This document shows positions 1-8,875 of a stretch of 64,000 bases of DNA, piece after piece. The translations under genes and the position numbers were made by a program. The notes beneath the pieces are model-generated. The model worked only from the letters and a program-made list of their open reading frames with translations, did no database searches and was not told the DNA's origin. Within the stretch, counting starts at the first letter, position 1. Every line of letters begins with the position of its first letter. The DNA is from an uncultured Rhodospirillales bacterium (GTDB lineage Bacteria > Pseudomonadota > Alphaproteobacteria > Acetobacterales > Acetobacteraceae), in contig CAIYSR010000001.1 in assembly GCA_903928895.1 (NCBI GenBank), positions 1 to 64,000 of the forward strand, in the 5' to 3' direction.

Positions 1-4
1 GCGC

Positions 5-859
5 ATGAGGGAGGTGCTGGAGGACCTGTGGGCGGCCTATGCGAGCACGCTCGGCTTTGCGATGGTCAACGCATTTTTCGCGCTGGCGACCTATGCCACG
101 CTGGCGGCGGGGATATTGAGTTTCGGTGCCGTCACCTTCGGGGCGGCCGGGGGGTTCCTGGGGGCGCAGCTGGTGCTGCATGGCGGGCTGCCGATGCCGC
201 TGATCCTGCTCGCCGCCGGGCTTGCCGGGCTGGTGGTGGCGCTGCTGGTGGCGATGATCTTTCTGCGGTTGGAAAGCCACTGGATGGCGCTGGCCTCGCT
301 CGCGCTGGTGCTGATCACCCGCGTGATCGTGCTCAACACGCCGGAGCTGACCGGGGGGGTGAACGGCTTGTCGATCCCGCAGCCGTTGCCGCTCGAATGG
401 CTGGCAGGGCTTTTGGCGCTGACGGCGGGCGGGTTCTATGCGCTCGATCGCTCGTGGTATGGCATTGCGGCGCGCGCGGTGCGCGAGGACAGGTCGGTTG
501 CGACCTGCATGGGCATCGATCCGCGCCGCATTCAGCTCATCGCCATGGGGATCTCGGGCTTCGTCGGCGGGTTGGGTGGCGTGATGATGGCGTTGATGCT
601 GCAATTCGTCTCGCCCGATACGTTTTTCATCCATGTCGCGTTCACCATGATCGCCGGGGTGGTGCTGGGCGGGTCGCATCATTGGTTCGGCCCTGTGCTG
701 GGGGCGGCGGTGTTCACGGCGCTGCCGACCCTGATGCAGGCGTTCATTCCGGATTTGCAGGATATCGGCAATGGCGCGGCGCTGCTGGCGATCATGATTT
801 TTCTGCCGCGCGGGCTGCTCGACCCGCGGGCGATGCGACTGCGGCGGGCGCGGCGATGA
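5..859 (+). CDS. livM: Branched-chain amino acid ABC transporter permease (LivM-like); 5' end lies outside the window.
   Basis: Hydrophobic polytopic translation with LivM-type C-terminal motifs. Stop overlaps the downstream ATPase start (ATGA at 856-859). Confidence 0.8.
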   Translation: MREVLEDLWAAYASTLGFAMVNAFFALATYATLAAGILSFGAVTFGAAGGFLGAQLVLHGGLPMPLILLAAGLAGLVVALLVAMIFLRLESHWMALASLALVLITRVIVLNTPELTGGVNGLSIPQPLPLEWLAGLLALTAGGFYALDRSWYGIAARAVREDRSVATCMGIDPRRIQLIAMGISGFVGGLGGVMMALMLQFVSPDTFFIHVAFTMIAGVVLGGSHHWFGPVLGAAVFTALPTLMQAFIPDLQDIGNGAALLAIMIFLPRGLLDPRAMRLRRARR

Positions 860-1638
860 CGCTGCTGTCGCTCGCCGAGGTGAGCCGGAGTTTCGGCGGC
901 GTGAGTGCGGTGAGCGGGCTCAGCTTCGCCGTGCGGCCGCGCCAGGTGGTTGGCCTGATGGGGCCGAACGGGGCGGGCAAGACGACGGTGATCAACCTCG
1001 TCAGCGGCCTGCTGCATCCTGATTCCGGGGCGATCCTGCTTGGCGGGCGGCCGATCGGCCAGGCCGCGCCGCACGAGATTGCCGGGTTCGGGCTGGCGCG
1101 GACGTATCAGAATGTGCGGCTGATCAGCGGGATGACGGCGCTCGAGCAGGTGATCGCCGGCAGTTACCTGCGGCGCGGCAGTTCGCTGCTCGCCTCCATC
1201 CTGCATCTGCCGTCCGCGCGCACAGCGATGCGGGCCACGCGCGAGCAGGCGCTTCATCTGCTCGAGCGGGTCGGCATGGCGGATCGCGGTGATGTTCTGG
1301 CCGAAACGCTCTCCTATGGCGAGCAGCGGCGCATCGAGATCGCCCGCGCGCTCGCCAGCCGCCCCGCTTTGTTGCTGCTCGACGAGCCCACCGCGGGGAT
1401 GAACGCGGCGGAATCGGCGGAGATCGGCCGTCTCGTCCATGCGTTGCGCGACGACGGGCTCACGGTGCTGATGGTGGAGCACAACATGAAGCTGGTGGCG
1501 GATTTCTGCGAGCATGTCGTGGTGATGAATTTCGGCCGCAAGATCGCCGAGGGGACGGCGGGGACGTGCATCGGCGATCCGGCGGTGCAGGAAGCCTATT
1601 TCGGAAAGCAGCGCGATGCTCAGCGTCACCGGGCTTGA
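856..1638 (+). CDS. livG: Branched-chain amino acid ABC transporter ATP-binding protein LivG.
   Basis: Walker A GPNGAGKTT, ABC signature LSYGEQRR, Walker B LLLDEPTAG and the LivG-specific C-terminus. In-frame ATG at 856 within the long 28..1638 frame. Confidence 0.9.
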   Translation: MTLLSLAEVSRSFGGVSAVSGLSFAVRPRQVVGLMGPNGAGKTTVINLVSGLLHPDSGAILLGGRPIGQAAPHEIAGFGLARTYQNVRLISGMTALEQVIAGSYLRRGSSLLASILHLPSARTAMRATREQALHLLERVGMADRGDVLAETLSYGEQRRIEIARALASRPALLLLDEPTAGMNAAESAEIGRLVHALRDDGLTVLMVEHNMKLVADFCEHVVVMNFGRKIAEGTAGTCIGDPAVQEAYFGKQRDAQRHRA

Positions 1639-2311
1639 GGCCGGATACGGCGCGATCCGCGCCGTATCCGGGATCGACCTCGAAGTGCCCGCCGGGGGGT
1701 TCGTGGCATTGCTCGGGGCCAATGGGGCGGGCAAGTCCACCGCCTTGCGCAGCATCGCCGGCATTCATCGCCCGGTCGGCGGCTCGATCCGGTTGCTTGG
1801 CGAGGAAATCAGCCGTTTGCGCCTGCATCAGGTAGTGCGCCGCGGGCTCGCCTTCGTGCCCGAGGGGCGGATGGTGGTGGCGCCGCTGTCGGTCGAGGAC
1901 AATTTGCGGCTTTCCGCTTTCGCCGGGCGCGGCGATCAGGCGGCGCTGCTGGAGCGGGTGTATGGGCTGTTCCCGCGGCTGGCGGAGCGGCGGCGGCAGG
2001 TGGCGGGGCTGATGTCGGGCGGGGAGCAGCAGATGCTGGCGATCGGGCGGGCGTTGATGACGGCGCCGGCGATGCTGGTGCTGGACGAGCCCTCGATGGG
2101 GCTGGCGCCGGCGATCGTCGACGTGGTGTTCGACGCCATCGTGGCGCTGCATGGCGCGGGCCAGTCGATCCTGCTGGTCGAGCAGAACGCCGCGATCGCG
2201 CTGTCGGTCTGCGACGATGCCTATGTCATGAAGCGCGGGGCGATTGTGGCGCACGGGGCGCCGGCGGTGTTGCGAGGCAGCGCGGAGATCGCCGAGGCCT
2301 ATCTCGGGTAG
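1616..2311 (+). CDS. livF: Branched-chain amino acid ABC transporter ATP-binding protein LivF.
   Basis: Walker A GANGAGKST, signature LSGGEQQM, Walker B LVLDEPSMGL. Overlaps the livG 3' end by 23 bp. Confidence 0.9.
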   Translation: MLSVTGLEAGYGAIRAVSGIDLEVPAGGFVALLGANGAGKSTALRSIAGIHRPVGGSIRLLGEEISRLRLHQVVRRGLAFVPEGRMVVAPLSVEDNLRLSAFAGRGDQAALLERVYGLFPRLAERRRQVAGLMSGGEQQMLAIGRALMTAPAMLVLDEPSMGLAPAIVDVVFDAIVALHGAGQSILLVEQNAAIALSVCDDAYVMKRGAIVAHGAPAVLRGSAEIAEAYLG

Positions 2312-2314
2312 CGT

Positions 2315-3679
2315 TCAGCCGCGGTGGTCGTCTTCGTCGGCGTAGGGGTTTTTCGAGCCGCGGAACTGGAAGCGCACGGGGGTGCCGGGCAGGCCGAATT
2401 CCTCGCGCAATGAGTTCACCAGATAGCGCTGGTAGTCTTCCGGGGTTTGTTCGACCCGGGTGCCGAAGACGATGAAGGTGGGGGGGCGGGCCTTGGCCTG
2501 GGTGACGTAGCGCAGTTTGAGGCGTTTGCCCTGGACCAGGGGGGCCTGGTGGCGGGCGAGGGCGTGTTCGAACCAGCGGTTGAGGGCGCCGGTGGGGACG
2601 CGGAGGTTCCAGACGGCGTGGGCGCGGCGCACGGCGGGGAGCAGCTTGTCGATGCCCTGGCCGGTCAGCGCCGAGATGGTGACGACCTCGATGCCTTTGA
2701 GCTGGGCGAGGCTGGTTTCCAGCCGGTCCTTGACCGCCTGGCGGACGGCGTTGCGGTCGGCGGCGGCATCCCACTTGTTGAGGGCGATGACGCAGGCGCG
2801 GCCTTCGCGTTCGACCAGGCGGGCGAGCTGGAGGTCCTGGTCCTGGATGCCCTCGGTGGCGTCGACCGTGAGGACGACGACTTCGGCCATTTTGAGGGCA
2901 CCGATGGAGGCGCCGACGGAGAGTTTCTCGAGCTCCTGCTCGATCCGGGCGCGCTTGCGCAGGCCAGCGGTGTCGACGATTTCGATGCGGGTGCCGTCGG
3001 TGTCGGTGATTTCGACGGTGACGGCGTCGCGGGTGAGGCCCGGTTCGGGGCCGGTGATCATCCGCTCCTCGCCGAGCAGGCGGTTGAGCAGGGTGGATTT
3101 GCCGGCATTGGGCTTGCCGACGATGGCGATTTTCAGCGGGCGGTCGACGTGATCCTCGTCCTCGTCTTGGGTTTCGACGGGTTCGGGGAGGAAATCGGCG
3201 ATGATTCCCATCAGATCCGCGAGGCCGTCGCCGTGCTCGGCGGAGACCGCGACGGGGTCACCGAGGCCGAGGGAGTAGGCATCGAGCGCGGCGTTGGAGC
3301 CGAGGCGGCCCTCGGCCTTGTTGACGACGAGGAGGACCTCGCGGCCCTGGCGGCGCAGCCAGGCGGCGAAATGAGCGTCGGCCGGGACGATGCCGGCCCG
3401 GGCGTCGACCACGAACAGCACCAGGTCGGCCTGATGTACTGCCGCCTCGGAGGAGGCGCGCATGCGGCCGTAGAGCGACTCGGGGGCCGATTCTTCCAGC
3501 CCGGCGGTGTCGATCAGCCGGACCTCGCGTCCGCGCAGCATCGCGGTCGCCTCCTTGCGGTCGCGGGTGACGCCGGGGGTGTCGGCGACGATGGCGGCGC
3601 GCTTGCCGGCGAGGCGGTTGAACAGCGTGCTTTTGCCGACATTGGGGCGGCCGGCGATGACGACGGTGGGGACGGTCAT
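2315..3679 (-). CDS. der: Ribosome-biogenesis GTPase Der (EngA), with two tandem GTPase domains.
   Basis: Two G-domains (GRPNVGKSTLFN and GKPNAGKSTLLN) plus a KH-like C-terminus. Confidence 0.95.
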   Translation of the reverse strand: MTVPTVVIAGRPNVGKSTLFNRLAGKRAAIVADTPGVTRDRKEATAMLRGREVRLIDTAGLEESAPESLYGRMRASSEAAVHQADLVLFVVDARAGIVPADAHFAAWLRRQGREVLLVVNKAEGRLGSNAALDAYSLGLGDPVAVSAEHGDGLADLMGIIADFLPEPVETQDEDEDHVDRPLKIAIVGKPNAGKSTLLNRLLGEERMITGPEPGLTRDAVTVEITDTDGTRIEIVDTAGLRKRARIEQELEKLSVGASIGALKMAEVVVLTVDATEGIQDQDLQLARLVEREGRACVIALNKWDAAADRNAVRQAVKDRLETSLAQLKGIEVVTISALTGQGIDKLLPAVRRAHAVWNLRVPTGALNRWFEHALARHQAPLVQGKRLKLRYVTQAKARPPTFIVFGTRVEQTPEDYQRYLVNSLREEFGLPGTPVRFQFRGSKNPYADEDDHRG

Positions 3680-3683
3680 GCCG

Positions 3684-5006
3684 TCACCGGTACGCGGTCA
3701 GGGCGCCGTTGTCCGTCACGATGTAGAGCGTGCCGCCGGCCACGATCGGGGTAACCGAGGCGGCGCCGGCGAGGTCCTGCTTGCCAAGGATCTGCCCGGT
3801 GTAGGGCGACAGGCTGAGCGCCTGGCCGTTGCTGCCCGCGACCACCAGCCGGTCACCGGCCAGCACCGGACCGAGCCAGCGGATCGGCGTTTTCTTCTTC
3901 TCGGGGTTCTCGAAGACGTCGAGCTGGGTCACCCAGGCGACCTGCCCGTCCACCAGGGAGACCGCCACGACCTGCCCAGCGGTGGTGGCGAGGAACATCC
4001 AGTCGCCGGCGATCCACGGCGATTCGGAGGCCGAGATGTCGCGCTCCCACAGGCGCCGGCCGCTGCGCAGATCGAGGGCTGCGAGCTGCTGCCCCATGCT
4101 GACGGCGAAGGCGCGGCCGGCCTTGATCGCGGTGCGGCCGAGGATGGTCGAGACGTCGGCGAGGCTGTTGCGGCCGCGTGCGGCGGCGAGGCTGTCGGCC
4201 CAGATCAGGGCGCCGCCGAGGGGATTGAGCGCCACCAGCTCGCCGGAGCCGAAGCCGGCCACGACCAGCCCGTCGGCGAAGGCCGGAGCCGGCAGTCCGA
4301 GCACCACGGGCTCGGCGGCACGGGCCTGATAGGACCAGGCCTTGGCGCCGTCGGTGGCGGAGACCGCGACCATCTGGTTGTCGAGCAGGGGGATGAAGAG
4401 CAGGTTTGCGGCCACCGTGGGTGCGGCGCGGGCGGGCGCGGGGAGGCGGGCGCGCCACTTCACCTTGCCGTCGGCCTCGTCGAGCGCCAGTACCTCGGCG
4501 CGGCCGGTGGCGACGTAGACGATGCCGCGATCATGCGCCACGCCGCCGCCGATGTTGGTGCTGCGGTCGTCATCGCCCTTGGTCGCCGTGCTCCACAGGG
4601 TGGCGCCGGTGGCGGCGTCGAACGCGGCGACCACGGCGTCACTGTCGAGGGTGAAAACCCGTCCACCGGCCACGACCGGGCCGGAGGTGATTTTGCGGCG
4701 GTAGCCGCCGCCGGCGCCGATGCTGCTCGACCATGCCTGGGTCGCGGCATCGCGCAAGGCGGGGTGTTCCATGTCGTGCGTGGCGGTGCCGCCGGCCTGG
4801 GGCCAATCGGCATTGGCGAGCGGTGCCGGCAGGGTGACGCGCGGCGCTCCGGGGGAGGCCTTGAGCTCGGCGCTGGCGGCCAGCACGGCGACGCGGGCGC
4901 CGGGGAGGGGGGCTTTTTCGGTGCCCATCCACTCGTCGAACAGCGAGCAGCCGCCGAGTACCGGGAGCAACAAAGCGAGGCGCAGGAAATGCTTATAGGA
5001 CATCAT
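3684..5006 (-). CDS. bamB: Outer-membrane protein assembly factor BamB (PQQ beta-propeller lipoprotein).
   Basis: Lipobox LGGCS at the N-terminus, repeated PQQ-like beta-propeller blades, and conserved der-bamB synteny. Confidence 0.9.
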   Translation of the reverse strand: MMSYKHFLRLALLLPVLGGCSLFDEWMGTEKAPLPGARVAVLAASAELKASPGAPRVTLPAPLANADWPQAGGTATHDMEHPALRDAATQAWSSSIGAGGGYRRKITSGPVVAGGRVFTLDSDAVVAAFDAATGATLWSTATKGDDDRSTNIGGGVAHDRGIVYVATGRAEVLALDEADGKVKWRARLPAPARAAPTVAANLLFIPLLDNQMVAVSATDGAKAWSYQARAAEPVVLGLPAPAFADGLVVAGFGSGELVALNPLGGALIWADSLAAARGRNSLADVSTILGRTAIKAGRAFAVSMGQQLAALDLRSGRRLWERDISASESPWIAGDWMFLATTAGQVVAVSLVDGQVAWVTQLDVFENPEKKKTPIRWLGPVLAGDRLVVAGSNGQALSLSPYTGQILGKQDLAGAASVTPIVAGGTLYIVTDNGALTAYR

Positions 5007-5054
5007 TGTTCCAGAAACATGATATTCGAACGGCCCGGATCCGCCATCCTGTGA

Positions 5055-5720
5055 TCAACCACCGAGTTCGGCCGACAGATTTTCGAGCAGCCCGCCGGCC
5101 CGGCCACGCACACCGTCGGGCGCGGCGGGATCGGCCGACAGGCGCCTGAGGGTATCGCGCGCGGCCTCCTTGCGGCCCTCGCGCAGGTCGAGCAGCGCCT
5201 GCGCCTCCTCGGCGAGGGGACGCCAGGCGGCGTCGGGCGCGGTCAGTTTCGCGAGGCGGGCGCGCAGGATATCGGGGGCGCCGGTATCGAGCTGGTGCCA
5301 GACCCACAGCAGGCTGGCGAGATCGCGCAGGACCGGATCGCCGGCGGTATCGTTGGCGGTATCGTCCCACAGGCGCAGGGCAGCGTCTTTTTCGCCGGCG
5401 TCGAACCGCATGGCGGCGGCCCTCAGGCGGGCGAGGCTGCGGTATCCGGCGCTGCCTTCGCGGGCGACCTGGTCGAACTCGATCAGCGCGGTGTCGCGCT
5501 CGACCCCGGGGGCGGCGGCGGCGGCCTTGGTGGCATCGAGGAAGATCGCAGCGACGCGGGCGGTCTCGCGCGCCTCGTGCGCGCGCCACGCCTGCCAGCC
5601 GGCGACGCAGGCGACGACGAGCACGGCCGCGCCGATCAGCACGCCGCCATATTTCTTCAGGAGTTTCTGCGCGCGATCGGCGCGGAGTTCCTCATCGACT
5701 TCGGCGAAGATATCAGACAC
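5055..5720 (-). CDS. YfgM-like TPR membrane protein (UPF0070 family).
   Basis: N-terminal SDIFAEVDEELRADRAQKLLKKYG, a single TM segment and a TPR-like remainder. Sits upstream of bamB as in other proteobacteria. A GTG start at 5720 is preferred over the ATG at 5801. Confidence 0.7.
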   Translation of the reverse strand: MSDIFAEVDEELRADRAQKLLKKYGGVLIGAAVLVVACVAGWQAWRAHEARETARVAAIFLDATKAAAAAPGVERDTALIEFDQVAREGSAGYRSLARLRAAAMRFDAGEKDAALRLWDDTANDTAGDPVLRDLASLLWVWHQLDTGAPDILRARLAKLTAPDAAWRPLAEEAQALLDLREGRKEAARDTLRRLSADPAAPDGVRGRAGGLLENLSAELGG

Positions 5721-5851
5721 GGCAATCCCTTTGGCATTCCCCGGCGCGGCAACAGCCGCCCGAAGCCGCCGGACCATACCCGGCCCGCCGTTGCGGAGCA
5801 AACATCGCGCGCGTCAAAGCTTTGTTCATCATCGCGCGGCAGCGTGTGGCG

Positions 5852-6262
5852 ATGTCCCGCGGTCTGGCTGTGCTGATGTGTGTCCTGTGTCTCGCTGCCT
5901 GTGGCGTGCCGGGCAATCCGGTGACGGTGGCGGCCAATCTCGGCGCGGTGCCGGTGTTCGGCCGCACCTTGCCGGACCTGCTGTATTCGGGGCTCAGCGG
6001 GCGGGATTGTTCGATGGTGCGGGTGGAGCAGGGGCGCAGTTGGTGCCGGGAGGCGGAACCGCCGCCGGTGCCGCCGGTGTTCTGCACCCGCAGTCTCGGC
6101 ATCGTGGATTGCTGGGCCAGCGAGGCCGCGCAACCGCTGCCGGCGCGGCGCGGGGTCGCCGACGGACCGCAGCACCTGACCGAGGGGCAGGAACGCCATC
6201 GCACGCGCGGCTGGCCCGGCTTGATGCCCGCGGCCGCCGAAGCGGCACCGGCTGACCCGTGA
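5852..6262 (+). CDS. Hypothetical Cys-containing lipoprotein.
   Basis: Signal peptide with lipobox LAACG and four Cys in the mature part. No recognisable family. Confidence 0.4.
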   Translation: MSRGLAVLMCVLCLAACGVPGNPVTVAANLGAVPVFGRTLPDLLYSGLSGRDCSMVRVEQGRSWCREAEPPPVPPVFCTRSLGIVDCWASEAAQPLPARRGVADGPQHLTEGQERHRTRGWPGLMPAAAEAAPADP

Positions 6263-6357
6263 GGCGGCTGCCCTGGTCTGCGTTGCGTGCACGCCTCGAA
6301 ACTGGCATCCCCGGATGGCTTCCGCCATTTTGCCGGATGCAGCAGGGATATATTTCG

Positions 6358-7617
6358 ATGCAGAAAGCCGTCGCCGACGCCTCCGACCGCGGGATTCTCG
6401 CGCCTTCCGCGAGAGCGACCGCGGCTGCGACCGGCACCGGCACCGTGTTTCCGGTGATCGTCGCGCTCAGCTTCTGTCACATGCTGAACGACATGATGCA
6501 GTCGATGATCTCGGCGCTGTATCCGATGTTCAAGCAGGACTATGCGCTCGACTATTCCCAGATCGGCATGATCACGTTCACCTTTCAGCTCACCGCGGCG
6601 CTGTTGCAGCCGGCGGTCGGCATGGTGACGGACAAGCGGCCGATGCCGTTTTCGCTGGCGGTGGGCATGGGCTCGACGCTGATCGGCCTGCTGATGCTGG
6701 CCTTTGCACACGACTACAACATCATCCTGCTCTCGGCGGGGCTCGTCGGGCTGGGCTCGGCGGTGTTCCACCCGGAATCCTCGCGGATCGCGCGGGCGGC
6801 ATCGGGCGGGCGCTATGGGATGGCGCAATCGGTGTTCCAGGTCGGCGGCAACGCCGGCAGCGCGATCGGGCCGTTGCTGGCGAGCGTTGTGGTGCTGGCC
6901 CGCGGGCAGAGCGCGGTGGCGTGGTTTTCGGCCGCGGCGATGATCGGCATGTTGATCCTGACCCGGGTGGGCATGTGGTATCGCGCCAACATGCCGAGCA
7001 CGCCGGTGCGGGCGCGAGCCAAGGGCGCCGGCGGGGTCGCGCTGTCGCAGGAGCGGGTGGTTTTCGCCATCGTCATTCTCGCCGCGCTGACGTTTTCGAA
7101 GAACGTCTATTCGGCCAGCCTGGGCTCCTATCTGCATTTCTACCTGATGGACCGCTTCGCCATCAGCCTGAAGCAGGCGCAGATGCATTTGTTCGTCTTC
7201 TCGGCCGCGGTCGCCGCCGGCACGTTGCTCGGTGGCTCGCTGACGGATCGGGTGGGCCGCAAGGCAACGATGTGGATTTCCATCCTGGGGGTGCTGCCGT
7301 TCACGCTGGTGCTGCCCTATGCCGACCTGATCATGACCGACGTGCTGCTGGTGATCATCGGCCTGCTGATGGCCTCGGCGTTTCCGGCGATCATGGTGTA
7401 CGCGCAGGAACTGGTGCCGGGCCGGGTGGGGTTGATCGCGGGGATCTTCTTCGGTTTCGCGTTCGGGCTCGGCGGCGTTGGGGCGGCGGCGATGGGGTGG
7501 ATCGCTGATCATACGAGCATCGGCTTCGTCTATAGCCTCGCGTCGTTCCTGCCGGCGATTGGCCTATTGACTGCGCTGCTGCCCGATCTCGCCAGCGGTC
7601 GGCCCGATCGCTCTTGA
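6358..7617 (+). CDS. MFS transporter, Fsr (fosmidomycin-resistance) type.
   Basis: 12-TM MFS translation with the N-terminal motif LSFCHMLNDMMQSMISALYP typical of the Fsr subfamily. Confidence 0.8.
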   Translation: MQKAVADASDRGILAPSARATAAATGTGTVFPVIVALSFCHMLNDMMQSMISALYPMFKQDYALDYSQIGMITFTFQLTAALLQPAVGMVTDKRPMPFSLAVGMGSTLIGLLMLAFAHDYNIILLSAGLVGLGSAVFHPESSRIARAASGGRYGMAQSVFQVGGNAGSAIGPLLASVVVLARGQSAVAWFSAAAMIGMLILTRVGMWYRANMPSTPVRARAKGAGGVALSQERVVFAIVILAALTFSKNVYSASLGSYLHFYLMDRFAISLKQAQMHLFVFSAAVAAGTLLGGSLTDRVGRKATMWISILGVLPFTLVLPYADLIMTDVLLVIIGLLMASAFPAIMVYAQELVPGRVGLIAGIFFGFAFGLGGVGAAAMGWIADHTSIGFVYSLASFLPAIGLLTALLPDLASGRPDRS

Positions 7618-7655
7618 TCCGGACCGGCCTTGATCCGGACCGGCCTTGATCAGGA
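7613..7655. repeat. Short tandem repeat, 2.7 copies of cttgatccggaccggc, starting at the fsr stop codon.
   Basis: Direct reading: cttgatccggaccggc, cttgatccggaccggc, cttgatcagga. Confidence 0.8.
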
Positions 7656-7868
7656 ACCTGCGGTAGCGCAGGAGTTGCATCTGCCCGGCCACGACAAAAA
7701 ATGACTTTTGCGCAATATGACCGACCCGCGACATGCGGCATGCGCGCGTGCTAAACCTGCCCGTGGGTTGCGCGGCGTGCGTTTGGGCCGCGAGGGCCCG
7801 ATGCGCGCCGGCGCCCTTGGTTCCGGTTCGGCGCGCTTCGTGTCGGGGAGTGCAGGAGTGATTCGACG

Positions 7869-8762
7869 GTGAACGAACAGGCCAGCCAGGGCGACGCTTC
7901 CGCCGCGGATGCCGATATCCCATTGCGGGTGCTTGTCGTGGATGACGACGTCGAGGTGGCTGCCGCGCTGTCGGCCTTTCTCTCGGTCACCGGCATCGCC
8001 GCCGAGGCGGTGCATGATGTCGATACCGCGCTCGGCCGGGTGGCGAACGATCCGCGGATAACGGTCGTGGTGTCAGACCTGCGGATGCCGGGCAAGGACG
8101 GGCTCGCGCTTGCGTCCGAACTGCGCGAGGGCACGCCTGAGGCACTGGCGGTGGAAGTGGTGATGATCACCGCGCACGCCACCTTCGAGGTCGCGTTCAG
8201 CGCCGGGCGCAACAGCATCTTCGCCTTCCTGCAGAAGCCCTTCAGGCCGCAGAACCTGGGCAAAGTGGTCCGCGAGGCCCATGCCACGGCATGCGACCGC
8301 CGTGCGAAGGCGCATACCGGCGCCCCGGCGGAGGAGCCGAATGGACCGGCCGAGCCGTTGCCGGAAGGTTCGCCGGTGCGGGTGATCAATGATGCCGTTG
8401 CGCTCAGCGGGGTGACGGCCCGGCCGATTTCGGTGGTGGTCGATACCAGCGCGGCGATCGGGGTCGATCCTGGAAGCCTCGCCGCCGCTCTCGCGGCGGT
8501 GATCGTCGAGGCCGATGCGGTCGCCGACCGCCACGCCGTGATCACCATCTCGGCGGGCGATGAAAGGGGCGACATGGCGTTCGGCGTCACCGTCATGCGG
8601 GCGCCCTTCGCCTCCGATGGCGCCGCTGTGGGGGCGGCGGGGCGGTCCGGTGCCGCCGGACTCGCCCATGCGGCCGGCGGACGGCTGCAACTGGCGTCGG
8701 AAGCGGGGGCGGAATATCGCGCCGCGATTATTGTGCCGACCCGGCCAACTTCGGGGCGTTAG
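7869..8762 (+). CDS. Response regulator: REC domain fused to a degenerate HATPase_c-like C-terminal domain, with no DNA-binding domain.
   Basis: REC motifs (VLVVDDD...SDLRMPGKDG...KP). The C-terminal ~150 aa carry G-rich ATP-lid-like segments (ITISAGDERGD...GLAHAAGGRLQL) and no HTH. Confidence 0.7.
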   Translation: MNEQASQGDASAADADIPLRVLVVDDDVEVAAALSAFLSVTGIAAEAVHDVDTALGRVANDPRITVVVSDLRMPGKDGLALASELREGTPEALAVEVVMITAHATFEVAFSAGRNSIFAFLQKPFRPQNLGKVVREAHATACDRRAKAHTGAPAEEPNGPAEPLPEGSPVRVINDAVALSGVTARPISVVVDTSAAIGVDPGSLAAALAAVIVEADAVADRHAVITISAGDERGDMAFGVTVMRAPFASDGAAVGAAGRSGAAGLAHAAGGRLQLASEAGAEYRAAIIVPTRPTSGR

Positions 8763-8875
8763 CGCATGATGACCGAGGGGGGGATCATCGCGGGTCCGCT
8801 TGACGCATCGGAGCGACAAGGTGGCGCGGGATTGCCGCGCTGCTCGCCAATCGGCGGCCTCTAGAGTCCGCGATC

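Noticed and set aside
28-1638. 536-aa ORF spanning livM-livG in another frame, and many other long antisense/alternative-frame ORFs (e.g. 679..1764 -, 2447..3754 +, 5713..7512 -, 12813..15488 +, 13816..15462 -, 31935..33086 +, 50215..53817 - at 1200 aa, 59293..61674 - at 793 aa).
   Set aside because: They have Arg/Ala/Gly/Pro-rich composition typical of open frames in ~70% GC DNA. They lie antisense to, or out of frame with, strongly conserved genes (gyrB, groEL, MFS, livG). The 28..1638 frame contains the genuine livG from its internal ATG at 856.
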